Positions 51,226-63,100 of a stretch of 64,000 nt of DNA are shown here, in pieces (the stretch's first letter is position 1; every line of letters begins with the position of its first letter). Made by a program: the position numbers and the translations under genes. Origin of the DNA: an uncultured Gammaproteobacteria bacterium (GTDB taxonomy: Bacteria > Pseudomonadota > Gammaproteobacteria > Tethybacterales > Tethybacteraceae). A model generated the notes under the pieces. That model did no database searches and was not told the DNA's origin. It saw only the letters and a program-made list of their open reading frames with translations. The stretch is from positions 12,824 through 76,823 of the forward strand of contig CAZDYI010000011.1 of assembly GCA_964509765.1 (NCBI GenBank), read 5' to 3'.

Positions 51226-52834
51226 CGCAGGTTCCGGGCGGGACCCATGCCTGGCCGGGCACGACCCCGAGCGCGCGCAGCTCGTTCATGAGCTGCTCGC
51301 CGCTCATGTGGACGAGCTCGTCGTCGAAGACGGAGGAGTCGGTGTCGTGGGCGGGCATGGATATGAAGGAGTGGCTGTGGGGAAAGCTCCTCCTGATGTT
51401 CATGCGGGGGTGCAGGTCGGTGCTCGAGCTCCCGCCGCAGAAGCTGTTCGGCGGGTAGTCGTTGTTCTCGTTCTCGGGATGAGTGCTAGGCCAGTCGATT
51501 ATCCCCGGCGGGAGGTTCGCGCTGCAGTTGACCCCTCCCCCGAGCGGGGAGGCGTAGTTGCCGCCGCCCTGGTGGGGGACGGCGCCGACGCCGTTGGGAC
51601 CGTGGGAGACCACGACGAAGGCCATGCCGTTGACCACCTCGTGCTGCTCGTAGACGCGGGCGACGGTGAGCCCCTCGAGGACGTCGAACAGCGTGAGGTC
51701 GGTCTCGGCGACGTCGTTGATCGTCCTGCCGACGAGCGTGATCACCGCGGGGTTCGCGGTCATCGAGCAGCCGATGTTCTGCGACTCGTACGCGGAGGTG
51801 CACACGAGGCCGGGATAGTCGTCCACGATCGGCCGGACGACCTCGCCGTTGATCGTGATTTCGACGCCGGCTTGCCATGCGTAGGTTATGTTCGATCCCG
51901 AGGCGGTGTCGTGGAGCCGCCTCTGGTAGGAGGCGAACTCCCGGGTCTCGACGGTCCGGCCCCCTGCGACCAGGTCGAGGTCCTCTCCGACGAGCGGGAA
52001 CCTGGGGTCGAACATGTCCGAGCGCGTCTCGGGCCCGATCCCGAGCACCTGGCTCGCGAAGACGGGGTCGACCCGGTAGGTGAAGCGGTTCCCCCACGGG
52101 TCGTGCGCGTGGGTGCCGAGCGTGCTCCACGGGAGCATGCCCTTGTCGGTCGCGCAGCCGCCCCGGGTGATCAGCTCGTTGTCGGACCTGTCGTCGGATA
52201 TCGCGACCGACATCGGGATGAACTCGGCGACCGAGTAGAGCAGCTGCAGGTTCGTCAGGTGGGAGAGCGGGTTGGGCGTCATGCCCGCGCCCGGCCGGAC
52301 CCCGTGCGTGTAGTAGAAGTGCGGGGTGACGTCGCCGGGCATCTCGAGCTCGTAGGTCCTCTGGGTGCTGTCGAGCGACCCGCCGACGTACGACCGGACC
52401 AGCAGGTTCATCCCGTCGATCACGCCGACGTTCCTCGTTGCGGGCCCGGTGAAGCCGCCGTCGGGGCCGACGTCGGCCGACGGGAGCGCGTGGCGGTCCT
52501 CGAGTCCGTCGCCGTTTATGTCCGGGCAGGGCAGGTACGGCCTGTTCGCAGGTATGGGAGCCCGGACGCCGGGGTTGGAGTCGAGGTAGGCCACCGCGCC
52601 GGGGCTGCGGTGGGTCGTGGCGTATCCGACGATCGCCCTGGATATGTCCGCGAGCTGGCCGCGCACCTCGTCGGCGCGCTCGGCGCGTATGCGCGCCCCG
52701 AGGGGGACGAGCGACATCCCGAGCAGCAGGCCGATCACGGCAAGCGCTATGCCGGCCTCGACCACGGTGTAGCCCCCCGCGCGGGCGCCGTTGCGCCCGC
52801 GCGCGGCGGCCTGCACCGTCGGTCTTCCCGCCAC
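51215..52834 (-). CDS. Large prepilin-type pseudopilin-like protein P2, ~540 aa
   Basis: GTG start set just after the upstream stop; leader then 'G|YTVVEAGIALAVIGLLL'; 'YLPCPDINGDGLEDR', 'GGCATDKGMLPW', 'DPWGNRFTYRVDPVF', 'VSHGPNGVG'. The longer ORF (to 53866) overlaps P1 and was trimmed. Confidence 0.7.
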   Translation of the reverse strand: MAGRPTVQAAARGRNGARAGGYTVVEAGIALAVIGLLLGMSLVPLGARIRAERADEVRGQLADISRAIVGYATTHRSPGAVAYLDSNPGVRAPIPANRPYLPCPDINGDGLEDRHALPSADVGPDGGFTGPATRNVGVIDGMNLLVRSYVGGSLDSTQRTYELEMPGDVTPHFYYTHGVRPGAGMTPNPLSHLTNLQLLYSVAEFIPMSVAISDDRSDNELITRGGCATDKGMLPWSTLGTHAHDPWGNRFTYRVDPVFASQVLGIGPETRSDMFDPRFPLVGEDLDLVAGGRTVETREFASYQRRLHDTASGSNITYAWQAGVEITINGEVVRPIVDDYPGLVCTSAYESQNIGCSMTANPAVITLVGRTINDVAETDLTLFDVLEGLTVARVYEQHEVVNGMAFVVVSHGPNGVGAVPHQGGGNYASPLGGGVNCSANLPPGIIDWPSTHPENENNDYPPNSFCGGSSSTDLHPRMNIRRSFPHSHSFISMPAHDTDSSVFDDELVHMSGEQLMNELRALGVVPGQAWVPPGTCDAC

Positions 52835-52836
52835 AG

Positions 52837-54177
52837 TCAGAACTCCGTCGCGTAGTAGCCGACCGCGGGCTTGGGCAGCGGGAAGATCCCGTCCGTCGTG
52901 AGCCTGCCTATGAGCGTGCCGGTCTTCATCCACACCAGGACGTCGTCGTAGCCCTCGTCCTCCGGCAGGACCGGAAGCGCGGTGGGCTGCGCGCGCACGA
53001 ACACGCCGGTCCAGGAGTCGTCGCGCCCGCATGCGGCCTGCAGGTCCGCGCCCGAGCAGCCGCCGGGGGCGATCTCGGCAACCTCGCAGGGGAAGGTCAG
53101 GCGGGCGTTGATCTTCTCGTGCACCCTCTCCCGGCTCGCGTAGCTCGCGAACGGCCTGCACAGGAACGGGTCGGACGGGCTGCGGCCGTGCTGGTACACC
53201 CGCCCGCCGAGGCCGTTGGGACCGTGGGAGAGGATCGCATACGCGATCCCGTTCGACACGAACGGGTAGGTCACGCCGGCCGCGGCGAAGTCGAGCTCGA
53301 CGCCCTGTCCGGCGCCGCCGCCGACGAAGCCGTACTCGAGGACGCTGAAGCGCGGGCCGTCTGCGGTGTTCGCGCTGCGGCGCTCGAAGCTCTGCCTGCT
53401 GATGTCCGTCCCGGAAACCTCGCCGGCGTGCACGATGTAGCCGTCGGGCGTGCCCGGCGCGCGCTCGAGCACGAGGCCGGGCCTGTAGAAGTACCGCAGG
53501 CTGCCGACGGACGGCGCGGCGTTGGCGTTGTGCCGGAAGGGGTACGACAGGACGTTGGCGGACTGCTCGAGCCGGACCGCGTAGTTCCTGTACACGGGGG
53601 TGGCCTTGGTGTCCTGGTCGAAGCCGAAGGACCCGTGGCTGAAGTTGCCGTCGACCCAGTATGTGTAGTGCTGCCCCCAGGGGTCGGCGGGCTGGGTCCC
53701 GAGGGTGCGCCAGGGAAGCAGGCCCTTGCTGTCTATGCAGCGCAAGGGGGTGTTGCCGAGGTCGGCGACGTACTCCGGCCGGGCGGTGATCGTGACGGTG
53801 AACAGCGTGGCCGGGTCGTCGGCCATGAACCGGTCCTCGAAGCCGTCGCCGTCGACGTCGGGACACGGCAGGACAGGCCTGCCCGACGGCGCGTGCACGG
53901 TTATCCGCACCTGGCCGCCGACGGCCCGGTCGCGGTAGGCGACGTCCGCGCCGCGGCTGCGGTTCTCGTTCGCGTAGGCGATCACGGCCTCGTGCACCGA
54001 GCCCATGTACTCCTGGACCCCTTCGCGCTGGTCGTTGCGGATCCAGTCCGAGAGGTTCCAGGCCGCGGTCGACGAGATCATCAGCAGGACGACGAGCACG
54101 AGCGCGATCTCGACGAGGGAGTAGCCGGAGGGGGCGGGCCTGCGCGCCCCCGTCCGGCCTCCGCTTCGTTTCGTCAC
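52837..54177 (-). CDS. Large prepilin-type pseudopilin-like protein P1, ~446 aa
   Basis: GTGA overlap with the giant gene's stop; leader then 'G|YSLVEIALVLVVLLMI'; 'VLPCPDVDGDGFEDR', 'LRCIDSKGLLPW', 'DPWGQHYTYWVD', 'LSHGPNGLG'. Confidence 0.7.
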   Translation of the reverse strand: MTKRSGGRTGARRPAPSGYSLVEIALVLVVLLMISSTAAWNLSDWIRNDQREGVQEYMGSVHEAVIAYANENRSRGADVAYRDRAVGGQVRITVHAPSGRPVLPCPDVDGDGFEDRFMADDPATLFTVTITARPEYVADLGNTPLRCIDSKGLLPWRTLGTQPADPWGQHYTYWVDGNFSHGSFGFDQDTKATPVYRNYAVRLEQSANVLSYPFRHNANAAPSVGSLRYFYRPGLVLERAPGTPDGYIVHAGEVSGTDISRQSFERRSANTADGPRFSVLEYGFVGGGAGQGVELDFAAAGVTYPFVSNGIAYAILSHGPNGLGGRVYQHGRSPSDPFLCRPFASYASRERVHEKINARLTFPCEVAEIAPGGCSGADLQAACGRDDSWTGVFVRAQPTALPVLPEDEGYDDVLVWMKTGTLIGRLTTDGIFPLPKPAVGYYATEF

Positions 54178-57100
54178 TGCTGCGACATCCTGCCGCCGAC
54201 CATGCGGAAGACGTCGTTCCCGGGGACCCCGGCGCGCGGCGAGCCGGAGCCGTCGGACCTGTGTATGTTGCCGAACAGGAAGTAGTCGTCCAGGTCGGTG
54301 TTCTCGGGGTCGTCGAGCAGCATGCACTTGTGCGCGTCGCCGACCTGGGTGGATTGCGGGTCGACCGGCCCGTCGGATCCCCACGGGGTGGAGTCGAGCG
54401 CGTTCTCGAGGCGCAGGAGGTCCGCTGCCCCGGGGCCGTCGAACTCGTAGGTGACGTCGAGCAGGTTCCTCCTGGTGATCAGCTCCCGCTGCTGGGAGAA
54501 CTCGATCACCTCGTCTGCCGACGCGCAGACCGCGTACTCGATCAGCGGCTCGGGGCTGTGCCCGATCAGGGCCTTGATGTTGGTGAACCGCACGGGACGC
54601 CCGCCGATGTGTATGGTGATCCCCTGCGGCAGCCGCGCCGCCGGCGGGGCGAACTCCATCTCGGTGCCGGTGTAGAGCGCGACCGAGCTGCGGGCGTTGA
54701 GCCTGATGTTGTCGCTGAAGTGCTGGATGTCGACCTCGGACGACGGCAGGTAGGTCCCGAGCAGCGGGTTGATCACCGAGTTGGCGGGTATGGTGAGGGT
54801 CACAGCATCGAGAACCAGCTCGACGTCGTCGAGCACCCGGACCCACATGTTCTGGTAGATGGGGTTCTCCATGGCGGTGAGGTCGTCGTTGAAGCCCAGT
54901 ATCTGCGTCCTCGACGTGTCGGTGAGGTCGGCGAACGGCGTTGTCACCGCGGGCTCGATCCTGCGGTCGATCACCATGCCGCCCACGTCGTACGCCATGG
55001 CGGGTCGGAAGCCGGCATCGGCGGACGTCGGCTCGTGCGGGTCGAGCGTGGTTCCCGCAAAGAGGGTGACCGAGCGCTGCGCATCGACCTCGGTCGGGTC
55101 GGTCAGGTCGGTGAAGTACCTGTGCAGGGTGATCTCGGCGTTCGCCGGGAATACGATCCTGTGCAGGTGGGGCGCAAACTCGTACTGGGGGTCCATCGCG
55201 AAGTTGGACGGGTCGAACGCGCTCGGGTCCGCGGCCTCGACATCCTCGTTCCTGAACACCGAGTCCATGGCCCTGGTGTCTAGCACGGCGGAGGTGAAGT
55301 TGGCGCCGCTCGGGAGGAGCTCGTCGGGAATCGCAAACCTGACGGTAAGCAGGCGGTAGTCTCCGAGCGCGGGAGTGGCGGTGTCGGTCACTATCCTGCC
55401 TCCCCTGAATCCAATGCCGTCCACCTCGTACTGAACTCTCCCGGAATTGATGCTTTCGTAAGGAGTGGTGGAACTCCCCAGTGATATCGCCACCGAAGTG
55501 GTGATCGCCGACGGGCGGGTGTATATCCCCGGCGAGCCGCCGCCGCCGCCTGCGACAACGTTGCCAACCGCCCCGTTCGCGCCGAGGGTAAGGACTATCT
55601 CAGGTCCGGAGGTTTGCTCAAGCCTCCTTGACGGCAGGGCCAGGCCGAGCTCCGGATAGACGATGCTGCCGCCGGGCAGGATCTCGGCGCCTATGGTGAC
55701 AGCGGGCGTGGGAACCTGGAGCCACAGGTTCCTTCCGGAGATGACAGGGTCCGACTCCGAGAACTCGACCTCGATCTCGTTGAAGATGGGATTCCTCTCA
55801 AGGTCCGCATGGGTGAGGATGCCTTCGGTGAGCTCCGGGTAGAAGCTGCGGAAGTCGACGATGTCCTGCTGCTCCGACAGGGGAAGCTGCCGGCGCTCGA
55901 TGTACAGCTGGCTCGCGTCCGTGGCCAGGAGCGGTATCCTGAGGTTTTCGTCAGGCGGTGCGCGCCTCGAGGGTGTCCAGTGGTTGTCAAAGCTTGCCGG
56001 GACGTCAACCGATATCCTCGTTGTCGCCGGCCACATCCCGACGCCCGGCTGCTTGTAGAAGGCTACAGGCGCGAAGAGGTCCATGTGCTGGCCGACCGTG
56101 AGCGTAGTGACTTGGTCTCCGAACCTTTGGAGGGTGAACCCTGTGAGCTGCGGCAGGGTGAACCTCGCTTCGCTGTTCAAGGCACCGCCGGAATAGTCGA
56201 TCACACGGAGGAAGGCCGTGTGGCTCGGCTCCGTGTCGGAGGGGGTGTGGTCGCCAGGGTCAAAGCCAAAGTCAACAGGGTTTCCGCCGTCGTCGAAGGC
56301 CCTGTTTTGGTGTCCGGAAAAGCCGTCCGTGGAGGCGGTGGACGGAAGCATGGCGGCGGTGGACCAAGCCCGCTGGTAACCGCTGTCCGTGGCCTGAACC
56401 CTGAATTCATTGAAAGTTCCCGAGCCCGAGGTGTTGACCAAGTCCTCAATGTCGTCACCATCAATCTGTACGGTGATGTTGACGTCGAAAAAGCCTTCGA
56501 TGTTGTTCCATGTGTTGCCGCCTTCGCGGATCTGGAACTGCGAGGCAACGTTCGTCAGCAGGATTTCAACGTCCACGTCGCCAATCTGGGAATTGGCGCC
56601 GCCGAGCTGCTGCAAGGTAAGGGTGAAGGGCACGCCGCAGAAAGGGCAGTAAACCGGAGGTCCCACAGGGAGGGCAATGGTGACGTCGGTGTTGTTCAGC
56701 GGATACTGGGTGCCCGTGTAGTCGGCGAGCCAGGCGTCGTCGTGGGTCTTGTTGTGCGGGATCGCCATGTTGAGCGGCAGCGCACGGGAGTGGGCCGGGT
56801 TTGGCACTGGCGAGAGGCCTGCAATTGTGACGGCGTCCAGCGCGAGGGCCGCAGTCTCGAAGTTGTGGTCGCGCAGTGCCATCCACCACTCCTCGCCCTC
56901 GCCGGTCGTCGTCTCGAATATCTGGCTCTGCGCCCGGACCCCGATGTCGGTCCGCGCCTCGATCGCTCCCTGCCAGGCGTAGCCCGGCGTGTCGAACTTG
57001 GCGACCTCGCCCGGGGCCAGGGTAACAACCTCGAACCGCGTGTCGGGGTCCTGCGCGCCCGCGGCGCCGTAGGTGGTGTCGACGGTGATTGTGGATGGTA

Positions 57101-60100
57101 TCGTGAGCGTCATGGTTGACAGGGGGTAGTTGGTGACGGCGTTCGGATGGGGGGCCGGGGGGACGAAGTCGGTGCCCGTGAGTGAGCACGGGAAGTTGAA
57201 CGGTGTCCAGATTCCCGTCAAGCCGGGGTACCCGCCCGTTGGATTGTAGGGGGGGCCAGCGGGGTCGAATGTCAAGGGATTGTTGGTGATTGCGGGATTG
57301 AGGGGGGAGGGATAGGCAGAGACTCCCTGTCTGTTCGCGCAGATGTTCAGCGGCACCTCGCCGAGGTCGACGACCCTCTGGAACGTCGATCCCGGCAGGA
57401 CCTCGGGCAGGGACAGCCCCGGGCCGGTCCGCACCGCGTCGCCCCTAACCGCCACCTCGAAGCCCGTCACCTCGTCGACGAGCCTCATGTCGCTGAGGTC
57501 GTATGTGTCGCTGCCCTCGACGTAGCTGCTGCCGGGGCCGAGGTCGATCGACACCGCCAGCCCCGCGGCCTCTACGTCGTCGTGCTCGGACACCGCAAGC
57601 TCGGTCCCGCCCCCGAGGTGCAGCGTTCCCGCCATCCGCGCCGTCACCCGGTAGGAGGACAGCGCCTCGTTGCCGAGCGTGTACCCGCCTAGGACCACTG
57701 TGACCGGCTCCTGGTGGCCGCGCGCGGTCGGGTCGTCCGGCTTCACCTCCGGCAGGTGGTAGGGCTGCGTCAGCCCCGGCTCCTCCTGCAAAAACTGCAT
57801 CCCTCGCGGGCCGGGGCGGATCACCACAGTCTGGCCCGGCGTCCCGAAGCTCGCGAACCCCGGGAAGGGCTCGATCGCGTTGACGTCGCTCGAGCGACGC
57901 ATCGCGCGGAGCCCGCCGCCTTCCGTGAACTGCACCCCGGCGACCGTCTGCGTCAGGCCCGAGCCGTCGACAACCTCGATGTCCGGAGGGACGATCCAGG
58001 ATCCCCGGTAGCCGTGCACGATCAGCCCCGCGAGCGGCGGCGAGGATTCCGGCAGCTGCACCGCCGCGCCCGGCAGCGCAAGGGCGTTCAGGCCCTCGCC
58101 TGCGCCTGAGGCGCAGTCCTCGTCCTCGACTCCGGCCCGGTCCTCGCGGCACTCGTCCGCAACCGCGTAGAACAGCGGGTTGTTCTGTGCGAAGACCAGG
58201 TCGTCGGGACGGAAGTCCGTGTGCTGCCAGTCGTTGTCCCTCTTGCTCCAGGATAGCTCGATCAGCGACTGCGCCCTGAGCCGGCCCAGCGGGTCGTAGG
58301 CCGAAGCCGAGCGCAGCCGGAAGATCTGGCCCTTGGTGACGGTCCCGCCGGCCCGCCTCGCCACGGCGCTGCCGCCCCTGACCGTGCTGACCACCTGGTA
58401 GCCTTCCGAATTGGCGACGAAGCTGAACGACAGGTCGGGGTCGTCTCCCGGAACCTCGTTCCCGCGGATCAGCAGGCTGTTGGATGGGTCTACCCAGCCG
58501 AAGTCCGAGCTGATGAACGCGACCGGCCCGTCGATGAAGGTGCCGTCGTGCAGCCATTCCACAGAGTCGCCGACCAGCACGATGTCGGAGTCGAGTATCA
58601 TCCCGGAGACCACCAGGTCCGTGTCGTTTGCCCCCATGCTGGCCGTCAGGGAAGTCACGTGCCTGCCGGCGTCTATGTCCCTTCCCGCCGGGATCAGCAG
58701 GCGCGGGTTGTTGACCGCAAAGCCCTCGGGGACTTCCCTGACGAAGTTCCGCTCGACTACCTGCGACATGTCGTTTCCGCGCCTGTACCGAAACCCCCTG
58801 CCCCAGGGGATTAGGGAGCGTCCGGAGTCGACGTTTGCGGAGTCGACCCACACGACGGAGACCCGGGCGGGCCCCGTGAACGAGTGCTGGTCCCTCGAGA
58901 AACGCAGGCCCTCCCTGCGGTCCCGGTCGGACGGCGCCCCGGACGGAATCGGCGAGAAGCCCACCCCGCGGAACACCCGCCCGCCGGGCGCGAAGTCGTC
59001 GCTGTAGACGCCCAGCGTTGCGAAGAACGGCGAGCTGGAGGTGAACGTGGTGATGTCCGCGACCAGCGCCGGGTTCGGGAGCATCCCGAACTCCGCCTTG
59101 CTGCCCTTCGGGACCAGCAGGCGGCGGAAGGGCTGGTCGTTGCTCTCGTACATCATCGCGTCGGTGTGGAAGTCGAACACCGCGCGCAGGCTGTCCGGCA
59201 GGCTCGAGCCGAGCGGCATCGTGTCGCTCGGGGCGAGCGAGGCGTCCTGGTAGCTGTCCCCGTAGGGGGCGATGTCCGTGGTCGGGTTGAGCCGGATCGC
59301 GAGCTCGGCCAAGTTCGGGTCGATGTAGGTGTCGGGGTTTCCGGATGTGCGGATCACGCTCACCAGCACGTTGGTCAGCTCGGAGCCGGCGAACAGCCCC
59401 CCGGGGTTGGCTAGGGCGGCGCCAGGCCGGAAGGGGGCGACCAGCGGCGTGGAGCTCTCCCAGTTGCCGAACTGGTTCAGCGCGACGTGCGAGTTCGCGA
59501 TGGTCACGGTTACCGACAGCGGGTCCGGCGTTGACGTGGTGAGCAGGCCCGGTATGCCCAGCGTGAGCTCGAGGGGCTCGGCTCCGAGGTTGATCCGCCC
59601 CGGGTTGGCCTGCATCAGGAAGCCGCCCTCGGCCAAGTCAATGTCTATCGTCTGGGCGACGATTCTGACCGTGAAGTCCGTGCCTAGGGCGGAGGCGCCA
59701 GGGTAAACCCTGCCCACAGTGAGGGTTGCTGCCGCGGTGTCCACCGGGACGATCGCTGCCGCTGACGTGTCGAGCTCCACCCCGACGCCCATCTCGTCCG
59801 TCAGGGCGTACGCCGAGAAGCCCACCGACGCAAGCGCCGCACGGTTGGGGGCGGGCTGCAGGGCTATGTTGTTGACCGCAAGCCGGTCCGGGTCGCCCAC
59901 GGCCTGGTAGCGCACGTCCAGCCTGCTGATCGGGTTGTCGATGAATGACACCGTCACGGTGTCGGCCGGGTTGAGCGGTTCGAACGACGGGGTCCTGATG
60001 GTCAGCGAAAGCAGGGTCATCTCGACGGGCGTGGTGCCCGCTATGTCTGCCTGTATGGTCACCGAGGCGGTGTCGTACCTCGCGAACGGACCCATCCTCC

Positions 60101-63100
60101 GCGACATCGGCACCACCATGTTGTGGTACGGGTATACGTGGAAGCCGTTGTGGTGCGGGTCATTCGTCAGGTTGGTCCGCACCCGGCTGCCGTAGACGAC
60201 TTGTGACGGGTTAGTCGGGGCGCCTGAGATTGTCTCTCTGAACGGGCTGGTGCAACTGGCGATCGTGCTCAATGGAAGGCCCGTGGAATCGTCTCCGACA
60301 TCGAAACCGCCCCAAACTATGAAGCCCGAGGGCAACGGAGTGACCGGATAGGAGGCGGGCAGGGGCACTGATATGCCGCGTCCGACATCGCACACCACGT
60401 AGTCCGTTCCCAGGAAGTTTACGATCCTGTCCCGCTCAACAACCGGCTGGTCCGTCATGTACGAAAGCAACAGGTCGTAAAGCGTGTCGCCCACCGGCTC
60501 CGGGAAGTCGTTCGGGCTAACCAGCCCCATCCCCATCGACTCGATCCTAAAGCCCGCCTGCCCCCAGGTCTGCGGGACCATCGAGAAATCGCCGTCGTCG
60601 TGGTGCAGCAGCTGCGAGTATCTCAGCTGCCCGCCGTTGACGAGCGTCAGGCGCGCGCGGACCTCTGTGCCCGACTGCTCGCTCCCGTCCGGAAGGATGA
60701 TGCCGTTGGCAACGTCGACGTTCTCGATCACCGCTCCCGGCGGCAGGTGCGCAACAGCGCTCCTGCCCGGCAGCGGGCCCGTGTTCGTCCCGTACAGCTG
60801 CGACGGCGGGCGCAGGCTCCTGGGCGCGTTGCGGTTGTAGAAGCCGAACAGCCTGCCGGTCGCCCCGTGGCTGAAGCGCTGCTCCCCGAGCGGGACCATC
60901 GCCCCCGCAGGGTAGTAAAACGTCGTGTCGTGCGGCATCGTGACCTTGCCCTCGAGCGTCAGCCTCGTCGGCGCGATCACCGATTCTCCGTCGCTGATCG
61001 GGTACGGGTGCACCGTCGCCAGGTACTCGCCGTCCGTGCCCTCTGACCCGATTATCCGCAGTCTCGCAGGGGATGTGATCTCCCTCGGGGCGTTCTCGTC
61101 CGGGTCCAGGTTGCGCGGCTGGTTGATGTTCCGGTCGAAGATCGGGTGCATGGTCACCTCTGCCGGGAAGTAGCCGTACGCCCCGTTCGGGTCGGTGATC
61201 ATCAGCACCTCGTGCTGCGTCCTGTCGATGTACTGCGGCGAGCCGATCGCCCGCCCGAACGGCCTCGGCAGGGTCCCGCCCCTGGCCGCGGAGTACTCGC
61301 CGAAGATCGGCAGCACCTCGTCGAACGGGTAGGGGTCGCTCTCGTAGTGGTTGAAGGCCACGGCAGAGTTCAGGAAGGGTATCTGGTTCGGCAGCGGCGG
61401 CGTCGGCAGCAGGCCCTGCGAGCCCGAGGCGATCGGCGTCATCGCCGGGACCGCAAGGTCGGGAATCACGGCCCCCGGAACGGTGATGTCCCCGAGGTCC
61501 CTTGTCACGCCGTAGCTGAAGAACGCGTCGTCGGACGGGATTATCGGGAATGCGTGCCTCGTGTCGATCGCTCGGGTGAAGACCGCCGGCATCCGTGGGT
61601 CGGGAGTGAAGATGCTGATCTGCCTGTCCGACCCGAAGATCGTGACCGCGACCGTCGTCTTGATGAACGTCCCCGCCGGCAGCCTGATGTCGTAACCCAG
61701 CTCCGCGAGGTTGCCGGCGTGTCCCGGGCGCAGGTCCGCGAACAGTGCGTTGAAGTCGCCGGAAAAGCTCCTGTAGTTGCTGTCGCCTCGCCCGGCGCTT
61801 GTCGCAAGCGTAAGCTCGTTGCTTATGAACGGAACCCGAAACGGTATGGTCCTCCTGCCGGTCTGGATCGGGTAGGTGGCTCCGGGAGCGCAGGCGGGCG
61901 GGGAACCTGTCGGGGCTACGGGGGTGCCCGCAGGGATGGGTATGCAATACTGAAACTCCTGGTCGACGGACTGGTCCGGGGGCGTGTTCCTGCCGATGTT
62001 AACCATGACCAATGTAGAGGTTGCGGGCACCTGTATTTCGAATGGAGGGCCGATCCGTGTGGTCATGATGACTGTCGCCGGGGCCGTGACAAGGGTGCTT
62101 ATGGTCCTCGTTCCCGTTGAGGAGAGGTTCGTCGGACGCTCGGGCGAGGTGTGCACCGGCGCCGCGAGCTGCAGCGGCGTGTTGGCCTCGATTACCGCTA
62201 TCCACTCCACCGGCCCTGATGACGTGGGCAGGGACATCTCTCCGTTCTCGTGGAACAACTCGCTGACCGGCGGTAGCTGGAAGTTGCCGATCGCTGACCC
62301 CATCCCGTCTTGGACTGAGACCCGGCCGGCAACCCAGTTAGGGACGTACACAGCCGGAACCTCGCCGGCAGGCAGCAGCCCGACCGCGCGCACGGAGGAG
62401 CCGATCTCTGCGTCGTAGTTGACTCCGTCCATGAAGGCCGGCGAGAACTCATACTGCACCCGCCCTCCCTGCAGGCGCTCGAAGTCCTCCATGTCGAACG
62501 GCGGGAAGAAGTTCGCTCCGAGGGGCACCATAATGTCGGGAGCGCCGGGGGGTGAGCCAGGAGGGGGTGGGAACGTTGCGTAATCCACCGGCCTACTGTC
62601 GTAAAGATGCCTGTTCACCCCCTTCGAAGGCCGACCGAAGCGCCTGATGATGTACTCCGAGTTCGACGACTCGAACGTCGCCGGGTCCGGCAGGTGCCGG
62701 TTGCGCTCGTAGAAGTCGCTCAGCGCCTGGCTTATCCCGTCCAGGTGCGGGTCCGCGTCCTGCCTCGAGAACGCATCCAGGATCTCCTCCCTGTGCACGT
62801 AAGCCACTTGGTCCATCGTCGCGTCCGCGTTGCCCGCGTTGTGCACGAAACGCCTGTCGCCGTCCTGGTTGTCCGGGTCCAGCGCGAACGCCGGGTTGGA
62901 TGCGTCCGGGCTGCCCAGGCTCGGCCTCTCGGTAAGGGATGGCCTGTACTCGTCCCAGTACCCCTCCTGCTGCCCCTCGTGCACCCCCGGCGAGATCACC
63001 ACCGCCGCCAGGCCGTCTATCGTCGTCGTGACCGTGTCGCCCGAGGGGTCGTGGGGATGGTCCACGATGTCCACCGAGAGCCAGTCGTCCAGCACCCGCG

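Noticed and set aside
51215-53866. 883-aa reading of P2 extending across P1
   Set aside because: The upstream 340 codons overlap P1 in another frame and are low-complexity. The prepilin leader with a GTG start directly after the P1 stop gives the sensible gene.
54261-59414. Numerous 100-436 aa plus-strand ORFs inside the giant gene (e.g. 55809-57119)
   Set aside because: Antisense to a single uninterrupted 9.6-kb ORF with host-like codon usage; R/G/V-rich artefacts.
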